From: Gracilinanus agilis
Taxonomy: Eukaryota
Direction: 5' to 3'
DNA: 64,000 bases
Assembly: GCF_016433145.1 (NCBI RefSeq)
Contig: NC_058131.1
Coordinates: forward strand, 528,880,264 to 528,944,263
A model generated the notes under the pieces. The model ran no database searches. It was given only the letters and a program-made list of their open reading frames with translations, and had not been told where the DNA came from. Shown here piece after piece: positions 13,964 to 26,900 of this stretch (positions within the stretch are counted from its first letter, which is position 1; every line of letters starts with the position of its first letter). Both the position numbers and the translations under genes were made by a program.

Positions 13964-14230
13964 AAGATAGCATCTAGGGGAAGATGATTTTGTTTTTTGG
14001 GTGTTAACTGTAGGTTGCCTGTGTTGATTTTGGCTCCTACTAGTTTGGAGGGCAAAATTTTTCACCTCTTCAATTTCTTTCTTGCGTTTTGCCTCCCCAG
14101 AACTATAGAAGAGTTCCTTGAAATTAGGGATCAGTTTGTTCCTAATCATTGTATCCCCAGAGCCTAGCACAGTTCCTCACAAAGTACTTAATAAACACTT
14201 ATTGATTGGTTGAATGGATTTCCTCTATAC

Positions 14231-15046
14231 TGTAAGAAATACAGAAATCTCTGGGCCAGCATTCTGTGCTGAAGAGCCAAACTTTAATTGTTGCACATAG
14301 AAGCTGGATGTCTCACCATGCCCAGCCTATGACAAAGACCCCATTTAGATGTTCAACAATGTGTTTTATAAGTTTTTTGACAGTTAATTAGCATAAGGCC
14401 TTCACAAGGCAGAAGGCACATAGTATGTTCAGAAATATTCTATAGAGTTTGGTAACAAGATTTTGGAACATTTGCTAGGAAGTTGTAAGTTCCAATACAG
14501 AGTTAAGATAAGACAATTTAATTAATCCTCCAGAACTCTCATACTACTTCTGGGAGGGGTTAGATCAGAGTAACCTCTCTTGGCCATAATACTCTGGGGA
14601 CCCTCTACTTGGCAGAAATCTTCACAAGATCAGACCAATACCTAGACATGTCACGGTTGTGTACCTATGATCTCATCAGGCCAGCTGTCCACTGACCATT
14701 CCAAATGAACCCAGCTCTTCCTTCATGGCTTCAACTTCTCTAGAAAACTACATAGACATGAAATTTTTATTCCTCCAACAGAAGCTTCTTAATATTGTTA
14801 GTTGCTATAATATTCTAATATACCAAATGATATCCTTTCTAACACTGTGGTTAATAGTCTATTATAATTAATATCTTATATACAATTAGTCTAATAACTT
14901 GGTCTAACTCTTCCTAAAAATCATAGTTGTAGTTACCTACCTAAAAGATTATGTATGTGATCACTTGGTTTATGATCTATACTATAAAAGCTATTAAAAT
15001 TATTTTTCTTTTCACTATTTCCTTGCCTCTTCTTTCCCATTTTACA
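14231..15046 (-). mobile_element. Second solo-LTR-like element, minus strand
   Basis: TGTAA...TTACA termini; minus-strand TATAAAA at 14364-14370, ATTAAA at 14283-14288, then a short U5-like tail. No TSD found. Confidence 0.45.
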
Positions 15047-15056
15047 ATTGAGTGAG

Positions 15057-15207
15057 GCCTCTAGAGAAAGAACTGTGGAAGTAGAAATCCAGAAGAAAAC
15101 ATATGACTTATCATTTGTTTGTATGAGTGTGTCATTTGGAGTTGTGCTTTGAAAAGATTATTACAAAAATGAACACTGTGGAAATAGAATTTGAGTGATA
15201 ATTCATG
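15057..15207 (+). mobile_element. Short L1 3' fragment with 14-bp TSD TACAATTGAGTGAG (15043-15056 / 15208-15221)
   Basis: AGAGAAAGAACTGTGG..AGAAGAAAACATATGA block shared with the L1 at 39600; exact flanking duplication. Confidence 0.75.
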
Positions 15208-15720
15208 TACAATTGAGTGAGACTCTGTCTGGTAAAAGTGGGGGCAGCACAAATGAGAGGGCTTCTTTTGTAGCAGGCTCCTTTTCAATCCAGGAAAAGT
15301 TCAGCTTCCCATGTTCGTTTTCTCTCTAAATTTCACTGCTCTTTTGGATTCCCTTCACTTTAAAATCTTGTGTTCTAGAAGCTTATTTATTTACTTTTAG
15401 AAAAAAAATAACAGGCTTATCCTAACTAAATTAGTGGAGTTTTTTTAAAATGATATTTTTGTAGAGTTATTTGCACACAAACACATTTCCCATCATTACC
15501 TCTACCTTCTTTAAAAGGATACACCTTTGGGGGAGGATACACCATAGTTGGACCAAATGTTGTACAAAGCACCATGCTCCTCAGCATTCCTTCATTCTGA
15601 AACTACTTTTAAATGCCTTCCCCTCCCACCCCCCCACCCCCGAATTCATGCTTTGTCTGCTACAATAGCTATTTTCCCTCATCAGCTTTTCTCTTCCTTA
15701 CAGTATTTAAAACTAACTAA

Positions 15721-15920
15721 AGGGGGCAGCTGGGTAGCTCAGTGGATTGAGAGTCAGGCCTAGAGACAGGAGGTCCTAGGTTCAATCTGGCCTCAGACAC
15801 TTCCCAGCTATGTGACCCTGGGCAAGTCACTTGACCCCCATTGCCCACCCTTACCACTCTTCCACCTAGGAGCCAATACACAGAAGTTAAGGATTTAAAA
15901 AGTATATAAATAAAATAAAT
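15721..15920 (+). mobile_element. Young SINE copy, short-tail subfamily (also seen at 52938-53133, minus strand)
   Basis: Near-consensus head GGGGGCAGCTGGGTAGCTCAGTGGATTGAGAG; tail CCACTCTTCCACC..AATACACAGAAGTTAAGG lacks the segment found in other copies. Confidence 0.85.
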
Positions 15921-16986
15921 AAAATTAACTAAAATTGCTGTTGCCAAAATCATACTTTCTTTTGATTTACTATTTGATTCTGATTGTTGTGTTAGATTTG
16001 ATGGCAAGAGATGGAAAGAAAGATTATGGCATTCAGACAGGAAAAGAGGGAAAAATGAATTTGTAGGACAATAATAGGAAGATGATTGGGTGCATTGGGG
16101 AGGCTTTCACTCATTAATGCAGTATCTTGGACTGTGCTTCTGTACCCTAGAAAAAGGTTTCATAGTGTGGGACCTACAGAAGGATCAATGTGGGAAAGAG
16201 TCAGGGTCTATGTTAGGAAGGAAGGAAGAAAGGAGGAAGGTTCTTTGTGAGAGGAGAGAAAGAAGGGGGCAGGGAAGAGGCATTTTGAAGTTGAACAAAG
16301 TATAGATTAGGAACAAAAGAGAGTCAATGTGGACTAGAGGCTTACCAAAGAATAGGTGGTAGTTAACCATAGTTGGGAATGTGTCCAAGGCCTAGTGCTA
16401 AGTCACTTCTCAGAAATCTTTCTGGAGGGTGGGACCAGTCACTCCATTATGCTTCAGTAACTATCAGGAAATCCCTCAATTCTTTGAGGGATGATTTCCT
16501 AAGACTCTAGCTAGCAGGAAAGATGGCTAATGAAGCAACCAATTTGGAATGAGGCAGATACCCTGAGCATGGACCTTTTAAAAAACATTTATTGGTATCT
16601 TTTATTTTTATATTGTATTAATTTCCAACTCTAACCCCCTCTTCTCTATGTAGAGAGCCATCCCCTATCACAAAGAATAAAAAAGAAGAGAAAAAAAAGT
16701 TTTGAAAATCTAATCAAGTCTGACAATATAGCTAGTATTCCCCACCTATCTGAAAAGAAGGAAAGGAGATGCATTTTCTTACCTCTTTAGGACCCAGTTG
16801 GTCATCTAATTACACTGCTTTGAGTTTAGGGTTTGGGTTTTTGTTGTTATTTATTTGTTCTTTCCATCAACATCACTGTAGCCATTATATAGATTGTTTT
16901 TCTGGTTCACAACAACCCTTTCTAAACACATTTCTTTGTGTGTTCTATCTTCTTCTGAAATGAAACTCTAAATTAAAGTTGTTACT

Positions 16987-17715
16987 GGGGAAGCCAGGTT
17001 GATCCACCTGGATAAAGCCCCAGGCTTGGAGTCTGGAGGTCCTGTGTTAAAATCTGGCCTCAGACACTTCCAGCAGTGTGACCCTGGGCAAGTCACTTAA
17101 CCCTCACTGCCTAGCCCTTACCGCTCATCTGCCTTGGAACCAATGCTCAGTATCCTTTCTAAGATGAAAGGTAAGGGCTTCTTAAAGGAAAAAAAAAAAA
17201 AGAATTGTTACTTAGGATTATTGTTTCTGTAGGAACCCAACAGTAAAGTCAGTCACCTGAATCCCAGCAGATGTGACTGGCCTTTGGTTTAAAGCCTTGG
17301 CCACAAGCATGCTGCTCTGTGTCCCCCAGCAGGTGGCACCAGAACCCCAACCCTGTCTCTAAGTCCTTTTACCCTCCTTTTATACAGATGCGTTGTCTGT
17401 AGAGTTCTACCCTAGCACTGGAGAGGAGAGCCAGCTCTGGGCATCCTCAGCACCCTCTGTGAACGGTACGGTGGCACCGGTACTTCCTGAAAGGCCACTC
17501 TACCTAGCTATCTGCCTCGAAAGTATTCCTTCTGCACTGAAGTATTCTTTTTTCTTCTTTAAATCCTTCCCTTCTGCAGAAGGGTGGTAAGGGCTAGGCA
17601 GGGGAGGTTAAGTGACTTGTCCAAGGTCACGCAGGAAGTGTCTGAAGCCAGATTTGAGCCCAGGATCTTCTGACTTGGCCATGGCTCTGTATCCACTGAG
17701 CCACTTAGCTGTCCC
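16987..17715. mobile_element. Inverted SINE pair (16987-17200 +, 17560-17715 -)
   Basis: Family core in opposite orientations, ~360 nt apart. Confidence 0.8.
17326..17339 (+). promoter_or_regulatory. CTCF core motif CCAGCAGGTGGCAC
   Basis: Exact fit to the CCASYAGRKGGCRS consensus, in non-repetitive sequence ~580 nt upstream of DNAJC17 exon 2. Confidence 0.6.
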
Positions 17716-17917
17716 AAGGCTTTTGCCTTCTTGGTTTTAGGTTTCTGTTGTGACTATGCAGAGAGGATATTCTTTATACAGAAACTAGAACTTTCTTTTT
17801 TTGGGTGGCAGGAGATTCCTCAAGCATGCTTCCACCAAACCTTAGCAGAACTAAAAGTTTCTCCGAGGGGTTGTAAGCTCGCTCTGTGAACAGATAACTG
17901 TCTTTTGGCTCTTTCAG

Positions 17918-17987
17918 GTGAAGAAGGCGTATCGACAAAAGGCCCTCACCTGCCATCCAGACAAAAATCCAGACAATCCCCAAGCAG
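17918..17987 (+). CDS. DNAJC17: DNAJC17 exon 2 (70 nt, HPD motif)
   Basis: ctttcag|GTGAAG...GCAG|gtgag; [23 protein letters not shown]. Confidence 0.96.
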
Positions 17988-20900
17988 GTGAGACTATCTG
18001 GGCAGGAGGAAAAGGGGCAACAGTGTTCAGCCTTGGCTCTTTGAATCTGGGGAGCCGAGAGCAAGGATGCCACATGTGGGCTGCTAGGCCTGGACCCACA
18101 GTTAGCATTTCTGTGGTGCTAAACCAGGCTGTCTCCTATGGAACTCCTGTGTCTTAAGAATTCACACTTTCCCCATGATAAGAATTTCTGATTATTCTTC
18201 AAATATTTCTTCATTCTCTGGTCAGGTATTAGTCAAAAAATGTTTATTTTCTAAGTAACCAGGCATAGTGTTAGATACTGGGATGCAAGCACAAAGAACA
18301 AAACCGTCCCTGCCAGCAAGGAGCCAATGGAAGATACAAAGACATATGAACATAGGAAGGTTAAATATTGAGTTAATAAATACAAATATATTCAAAGTTA
18401 AATACAGGATAGTTTAGGAGGGAGGGCACTGGTGTTGGGGGGAGTTAGGAAAGCCCTCATGCCTTTGATGGTGCTTAGGCTTCATTTTTTCCTAAACCTT
18501 TATTTTCTGTCTTAGAATCGATATCAAGTGTCAGGAAGAGGGTAAAAAACCTAGGCACCTGGGATTAAGTGACTTTGTCGAGGGTCACACAGCTAGTAAG
18601 TATCTGAGGTCAGATTTGAATCCAGGGCCTCCTGCCTCCAGGCCTGGCTCTTAATCCACTAAGCCACCTAGCTGCCTCATAAGCTTCAGTTTAAAGGAAG
18701 CAAAGAACTCGATGAGTCAGAGGTGAGGATGAAGACCGTTTGAGATATGGAGAAGGAAGATGGAGTGTTGTATATGAGGAAAAGAAAGCCGATTAGCTGG
18801 AACAAGGAGTTAGAAAAAGGGTGGTGATATCAGAGGCATTGGAAAGGTTGTTTGGAGCCAGGTTAGAGAGGGCTGTTTAAACAGCCTACAACAGAGGCCT
18901 TATCCCAGAGGAGTTTATATTTATTCCTAGCGACACTAGGGAGTCCTCAATGCAACTTGGAATTGATCAATAAGGAAATGACATAGTTAGGTCTGTGTTT
19001 TAAGGAAAATGTACTTGGTCAAAGCATGTGAGATAGATTATAGAGTGGTGAGAGCATTGAGACAGAGAAACTAACAGGGGAGCCATTGCCATCGTCCAGG
19101 CAAAAAGGAATGAGAGTTGTGTGACTCAAGAGATGGGGTGGAATTCAAAAGCTGTTGTGGTAGAAGGGGTAGGATCTGGCAACTGGTTGAATATGTGAAG
19201 AGTCCAGGATAACAGTGAAATTAGGAACCATGGGATTGGAAGGAGAATGGTGCTTTCGTCAGGAAGAACAAAGTTTTTGGGGAAAAGTTTTGAGTTTTGG
19301 ACACATTGAGTTTAAGATGTCTCTCTGACATCTAGTTAGCAATGTTCCCTAGAGAATTGTTAATGTGGGCCTGAAGCTCAGAAGAGAGACTGAGACTACC
19401 TAAAAATATCTATGAATCTTCTGCATAGAGATAAGAGTTAAATCCATGGACACTGCTAAAGTTTGAGACAGAATGTGAGGACAGAGCCATGGAGCCAACC
19501 GAAGACTGGTCCATCAAGTAGAAAACAAGCAGAGAGTTGTATCATAAAAACCCATAAAGGTGGAAGTATCAAGGAAAGAGGGTGGGTCAGCAGGATCAAA
19601 TGCAGCAGAGAGATTAAGGAAAGATCCTCAGACTTGGCAAATAAGAGAGAGATCAGTGATAACTTTGGATAGAGTAGTGTCAGCTGAGTCAGGATCCAGA
19701 TTGGGACTGCAAAGACTTGAGGAGTGAGAGAGAGTGAGGGGGAAACAGCGTTTAAAAGGAGTTTGGTTGGGAAAGGAAGGAGAGTTTGAAGATGATAGCT
19801 GGAAAGGATGGTAGGGTGTAGATACAGTGAAGGCATTTTTAAAGGATAGGGATGTAGGTATCAATACTGGGCTGGGCTTCCTCCAGCTTTTACCAAATTT
19901 AACTTCAGTTTTCTCTTTTTTTTTTTTCCCTATGCTCAGCTGAGCTCTTCCACCAGCTTTCCCAGGCCTTGGAGGTACTAACAGATGCTGCGGCCCGGGT
20001 AAGGACTTCTCCACTTTTTATAAGCTGCTTTCACCATTAGGAACCATTTCTTCTTTACCTCTCCTCCTGCATGCCCTCCCTGACCTGATTGTCCCCCAGC
20101 CTTAGTCTCATATTTCTTTACAAGGGGTACAATCCCTCCTCTCTGTTTGCTTGTGCCCCAAGCACTTTGCCATCTGGGTCCCCAGGGCTTCGGGGTATAA
20201 GTTCTCTAGCCTTGTTGAGGCAATGGGAGGGGGAGAGAATGTGATGAGGGACTTACACAATCTTAGAATTGGGAGAATTCTCAGTGGGACTTCAGAGGTC
20301 TTCATAATGGCAAAGTTGTACCTCAGTAAGACTCAGAGGTTAGTCTGAGTTCTTTTTCTCTGACCGATATTCTACTCTTCTCTTTTGTCCTTGCCAGGCA
20401 GCGTACGACAAGGTCAGGAAAGCCAAGAAGCAGGCGGCTGAGAGGACTCAGAAACTTGATGAGAGAAGAAAGAAAGTGAAGCTTGGTATGGAGAGCAGGA
20501 GGGGGGCATTGTCCAGCTCAGGTTTTGTTTCCCTGCTGCCCATATCCATTTGTTCCCTCCCTTTTCATCTGGGAGCTCCATTTCCAACAATGCAGAGAGT
20601 CTCTAACTTGAGCTCATCTTGTTCAGCCCATACTTGAGCCAAGAATCCCTTTTCAACCTACCCAGCAAGTGGCCACCAACCCAGAGCCACTTAGCTAAGT
20701 TTCCAAGCAGGGACCCAGCCTTGTCCATCCTGGGAATCTGGAGCTCTTCTTTTCATTCAGTCCTACCCAGAACCTTCTCAATAGTCTTACCCTGAACAAT
20801 CCTTAGGAGTACATAAGCATCCTTTACTCTCCCTCCTACCTATTTTCTGGAGGTAGGAAACACTGGTTTTGGACCTTCATGAGACATCACATTTATCATT

Positions 20901-23900
20901 TTCATTCATACCTTGAGAGTGAGCATTGGGAGCTGAGATTCCTGCCTTGGATCTCATTCATTGTTTGGGATTAGTGAGTTTTAGAAAGCAAATCCCCTGC
21001 TATCTCGAGTAAGTAAAATGAGAGATGCCAGATGAATATGGTGTAAGGAGGGCAGGGGACATCGCCAGGCCTGAGAGATCTCTTACGGCATTAATTGAGT
21101 TTGGGGAGGTGGAGAGTTTCATCTTGAAAGCCAAGGAGGGTTGTGGGGATGGGGTTAATGTCATCTACCAAGTCTGACAACTTATTGAGCAGCACATAGG
21201 GCCAAGCCCCAAGTTAATACAAATTAAAACCATGGAGGGAAATGAGAGTGAGCCTGGGAGGAGAAGAAAATGGAATCAGAGCCAGTTCCCAAATAATCTC
21301 TTACAAAAACCACAGGGCCAGAGACCAAGAGTTCCACCCACTGCCAACCTTTGCCATCTAGACTGAGCTGTCCTGGTGTTGACACATGCACCCACATGTA
21401 CCCTTTGTCCCTGATTCTAGAGAACCAGCTTGGGTGCTGTGAGTTTTCTAGGCTCTTCAGTCTGGCTCTATTTCAGTACTCTGAATCCAAGCGATGGAAA
21501 GAGGGCTTCTATAAAGGGGCTTAGTAAATGTGAATTGAAGTAAAAATAAACTCAATCCTAAGCAGTCCCTTTGGATCTGAGTCTTTCTTAGAGATTTTGG
21601 AGATGGGGAGAGAGAGGCCACGTGTCGAGCCAGTTGGGGCCATGGAGGCAGGTGGGCAGCAGTAACACAGAGTGTTGAATTCACTTCTCATGGCCAACAG
21701 CAACCTGGATTGCTTTCCTCCCCAGATCTTGAGGCCCGAGAGAGGCAAGCCCAGGCACAAGGGAGTGAGGTAGAGGAGGATAGTCGAAGTACCAGGACAT
21801 TAGAACAAGAGGTAAGCCTCGGCTCCTTCTCCATGCTTTCTCCTGGTGGTCTCAAGGAGCCTCCCACACCCCTGCCCTAGGATTAGGCCAACTTGAGCCT
21901 GGTTGGCATTGTACTATTTTTACTATAATTGTAGCGTGACCTCACCTTTCTGTCCTACTTGGCAGATTGCACGCCTACGAGAAGAGGGCTCCCGGCAACT
22001 GGAAGAACAACAGAGGATGATCCAGGAGCAGATACGCCAAGAACGAGAACAGAGATTAAGAGGTAAAAAAATGTTCAGATCTTGAGGCAGCCCAGGGCCA
22101 CTGCTTGGTGGTGTTACATCATTAGAGGGTAAAACCATCTGGGATAAGTTTGGGGAGGGCTCAATAGGAAACTGAGTGAACTGTGAACCCGGTGACTTTT
22201 GCTCCTTTCCTCACACTAGATCCCCATCTATCACCAGTTCTTTGCTCTTGTTTTTACACTCCTTGCCACCTTAGTCCTGAACAAAAGTGTCTTGTCCCGA
22301 TGGCTGAACTCCAGGGGGGAAAACCACCATTGCAGTCTGGGGCCCTTGGGTTCTCCGGTGAGCTTTCACTCTGCCATGGAGGAAATGTGTGGTTTGCTGG
22401 TGTGTGTCCCGCATCAGAGCCCTCTACTACCATGGTCTTCTCCTGTCCTCATAGAGACTTCTGTTGGGCTACTTCTAGCAGATGGAGAAACCCATCCTCC
22501 TTTTCTCCTCATTTTCCCCAGTTGCAGTGGCTGGTGTCTCTGGGAGGATGGATTTGCTTCTTTTTGTAAAAGTTCCTCTTCTGGAATAGATGCTGGCTTT
22601 AGTCAGCTCTGAGCACAAGCCTAAGGCTTTGTCCTCTTTGGAAAGATCTCCTTCTCCCTCCGTTCTCTACCCTCTCTCTTTTGCCAATCTTTCTAGGAAA
22701 GACAGAAAATCCTGAAGGCAAAGGAACACCGAAACTGAAGGTGAGACCCTGCTGGAGCCCCTGGGGATCATCCCTCGGCAGGTACTTGCCAGCAGGAGAA
22801 AATTTCCCCGCAGCTAAGGGTGCTCTGGCCTGGGGAAGGTGGAGCATTTGGGAGAGTTGGGATCTCCTGTTTGTGTTGTAAAACTTTCCTTCTTGACCAC
22901 TATATCCAAATTCTTCCTGAAGCTTAGAGGTACTTTCTTTTCTTTTTAAGACTCTCACCCTCTGTCTTAGTATTCATTCTAATTCAGAAGAACTGCAAGG
23001 ACCAGGCAGTTAGGATTGAGTGACTTGCCCAGGGTCATACAGCCAGGCAGTGCCTGAGGCCAGATTTGAAAGCCAGGTCCTCCTGACTTCATGCCTGTCT
23101 CTATACACTGTGCTTCTGAGCTGCAGAGGAGCTAATTCTTTTAGTTCTGCCCTTGAAATGCTCCCTTCAGTCCAGGGAAGTATTAGGCAGAGAATTGTCA
23201 GAGAATGTCTTTCTCTGGCCTGAAAAATCCCTTGCTTCCAGGAAGGCATTCCTTGGTATTTGCCTCCCCTTTGCAGTTTGGGCTGAGCCCCTCTTGCTTG
23301 CACGTTATTGAAGGGAGGCAGTGGTAATAGCTGCTAAATCCGGCAATCCCCAAGAGATGCCTGGTGCAAGTGGCCCCTGAAGTGTTTGACATTCACTCAC
23401 TGCTCTCTTTGCAGCTGAAATGGAAGTGTAAAAAAGAAGACGAGACAAAAGGCGGCTACTCCAAGGATGTCCTCTTGAGGATTCTACAGAAGGTCTGTCC
23501 CGGCTCTGTCCCCTTCACCTTCGTCTGTGGCTGCTGTCCGGTCCTGGGGGGCCTGGCCTTGCACCGGGCTCTCTGACTGCCTCTGCCCGTCCGGGCTCTG
23601 GGTTCCGCTCTCATTTTGGCCCTTCTCGGCCCTGCTCGTCTTTTCTAATGAGGATGCGCAGTGGGCGTGCTGGTCGCTGCCCGCTGAAGCCCTGCTGACC
23701 AGAGGAAGCTTGTAGATATCAGACTCGGCTGTGCAGGGGCCTCCTGGGACCCACCTGAATGCAGCTCCCTCTTCTCATCCTAAGGCAGCTTTTTATTGGC
23801 TGTCCTTGAGAAACCAAGCCTGCATCTCCATTCTTCTGCTGCCCTTTTCTACTCCCTGTCGCTCTCCCATACAGCCCCAGCAGCCAGTGTTCTTTGGCTC

Positions 23901-26900
23901 TGCCATGCCATAGCCAAGCTTCCTGCTCATAAAGGATTCTCGAGCCATGGCGGACCAGGGTCTTAAACAGAACACAGGACTCAGCCCCGTCTTTACAGTC
24001 CCTTCTGGGAGGGACAAGTCACAATTTCATCCTAGGCAGCAGCTCTAGTGTGTCTTTTCTTTAAATCCTTACCTTCTGTCTTGAAATCAACACCATAGAT
24101 TGGTTGCAAGTTAGACGAGCAGTCAGGGCTCAGAAGTGTCTGAAGTCAGATTTGAACCCAGGACCTCCCCTCCCTAGGCCCAGCTCTCAATCCACTGAGC
24201 CCCCCAGCCGCTTCTAGTGTGTCTCTTCTATTCAAACAGTCTGACCCAGGGGGTAAGCTAGTGGGTGACCCAGAGTCTCTCTTTGCCCCCACAGTATGGT
24301 GAAGTGCTCAACCTGGTCATCTCCAGTAAGAAGACGGGGAGTGCTGTAGTGGAATTTGCTTCCGTCAAGGCTGCCGTGAGTACCAGAGTCTGGAGGTGCA
24401 GTTAAATCACAGGAGGCCTGGGAACCCCTTTGGGACAAACTTATATGACCCTGTGGACCCTGTAACCAGGAGGGTTCAGAATAATGCCTAGTCAAGGCTC
24501 AGGTTCCTCGGAGGAGTCTCCTTCTGCTTAGCTAGATTTCTTCTCTTGGATAGTGGGAGATGCTCAATTCTATATAGAGGCAGAGCCATGAAAATACTTT
24601 TTTGTAAAACCTTTACCTTCTGTCTTAGACTCTGTACTAAGTATCAGTTCCAAAGCAGAACAGCGGTAAGGACTAGGCGTCAAGTGACTTGCCCAGGGTC
24701 ACACAGCTAAGAAATGTCTGGGGTCAGATTTGAACTTGGGGCCTCCCATCTCCAGGCCTGGTTCTCAATTCACTGAGCCACCCAGCTGCCCCCAAGAGAA
24801 TATACTTAGTCTGATTTGTAAAAATATGGTATAAGTGCTACAAATGAGACAGTTTTTGTTGACTATACCAGGACCTTCCTTTTTTCTGCCACTTCTAAGA
24901 GCCATTGCATGTTTCTCTCCACACCCTTATACCCCTGCTCCTTCCTTAGGGTCAAATAACATTCGGTCTACTTTTTTTGAAGGTCATTCTATTCAGACCT
25001 CTGCACAAAGGGCTGGGACCTTGGCCCACCACTTGTTAAAGGTTATCTGGCAATTCTGAGGGACTTAGGACCTCCTGAGAAAGAACTGTTGGAGTCGGAA
25101 TTGAGATGGAAGCATTTTTCGCTCCTTTATTTGGGTTTATGTTTTCAGAGTTTTGGTTTTATAAGATTATTGAGGGGGCATCTGGGTGGCTCAGTGAATT
25201 GAGAACAGGCCCAGAGACAGGAGGTCTTGGGTTCAAATTTGACCTCAGACACTTCCCAGCTGTGTGACCCTGGGCAAGTCACTTAACCCCCATTGTCTAC
25301 CCCTTACCACTCTTTTGCCTTAGAACCAATACACCATATTCTAAAGTGGAGGGTAAGGGTTTTAAAAAAAAGTTAAAAAGAAAAGATTATTCACAAAAAT
25401 GAACAATATGGATATATATTTTGTGTAACAACTCAGATTGAATCGCCTGCCAGCATTGGGAAGGGAAAGGGAAGGGTGGGAGGGAGATAAGTTCAATCAT
25501 ATCATATAGGAAAACTTACATGAGAATTTGTTATTACATGTAGTTGGTAAAAAAAATTAAATACGTTTTTTTAAGAAAGGTTGTCTGGGCTTAAATGGTA
25601 GCACAAGACCAGCAATCTTGTCTCTGTTCCTGAGTTGGTTAGATGGTGTAACAACATGGTCAAACTATTGCCTTGGGCAGGTGCTGGCTGTCAAGAATGA
25701 AGTGGGCCTCGTCAATAACCCCCTGAAGATCTCCTGGCTGGAGGGTCAGCCACAGGGAACAGTGAGCACCGATGGCACCAGCTACTCTGGATTGCCACAG
25801 GTAGGAAGGCACCAGGAACCACGGGCACACCTTCCCCAGGGTCTAGGAAGCTTCCTGGGGAAAAAAGGGGGAAGCAGCTGCTCAGACTTTCCTCAGGGGC
25901 CTTTTCTTATCGGAATGAAGTTCCCTCAGGGAGAACGATGCAGACTGGGATGGATGGTCTTTTAGTACTTAAATTTTTTTTCTCCTTCCATGGTTTTCCA
26001 ATAGGTTTGGTTTCTATTTTTGTGTGTTTTTTACTGTATATAATTATTAGTACAGTAATGTCATATGATATACAAATATTATTGGAGATTATTCACTGTT
26101 CATTTTTCTTGGACATTATAGGCCAGTGGTTTCTAAACTTTTCCAATCATGGACCCCTAATGATAAAAAATTCTTTGTTCATGCTCTCCCCATTAATATA
26201 TTTACTTACAAATTATATACATGTATCACTGTACCAATAATTATATATTTTATATCTATTAAACTTGCATAAATCTAGAATTTTAAAAGGATGAGATGAC
26301 AATGAAATAATGTTTCATCTAGTGCCAATAGTGAGCCACTGGAGCTTATTGAGTAGGGAAAGAATCTGGTCATATCTGCACTTTTAGAAAATTGCTTTGG
26401 CAAGTGTGGGGAGGATGAGATTAGAGAGGGGAGAAAATTGAGGCAGAAAAACCAATTAGGCAGTAATTGCAGAAGTCTAGATGAGAGGTGATGGAGGTCT
26501 AAAACTAGGGTAGTGGCTGTGTAGTAGAGAGGAGGGGATAGATGTGAGAGATGCTGTGGAGTGAGAAAATGACAATCAGGATTTGGTAGTGGTTATTAGA
26601 TATGTGGGATGAAGGAGTAAGAAGGTGCCTGAAGTTATGAACCTGGATGACTGGAAGGATGGTCATCATATGACTTTATCAGTCATAGGGAAGTTTGGAA
26701 GAAGGTTGGTTTTGGTGAAAAGATAATGTAATAAAACAGGCAGCTGGGTGGTTCAGTGGATAGAGCACCAGACCTAGAGATGGAAGGTCATGGGTTCGCC
26801 TTGGACACTTCCTAGCTGCATGACCCTGAGCAAGTTACTTAACCCTCATTGCCTGGCCCTTACCATTCTTCTGCCTTGGTAGTAATACTTGGTATCAATT

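Noticed and set aside
14700-15000. AT-rich stretch considered as a mitochondrial insertion (NUMT)
   Set aside because: No mitochondrial gene or tRNA was recognised; it fits better as part of the LTR-like element.
1-17917. DNAJC17 exon 1 (MAVTKELLQMDLY-like) or another gene in the first 18 kb
   Set aside because: No such coding sequence or CpG island was seen. The ORF-track entries here lie mostly in SINE, L1 or L2 sequence and show no homology I recognise. Exon 1 must be upstream of the window.
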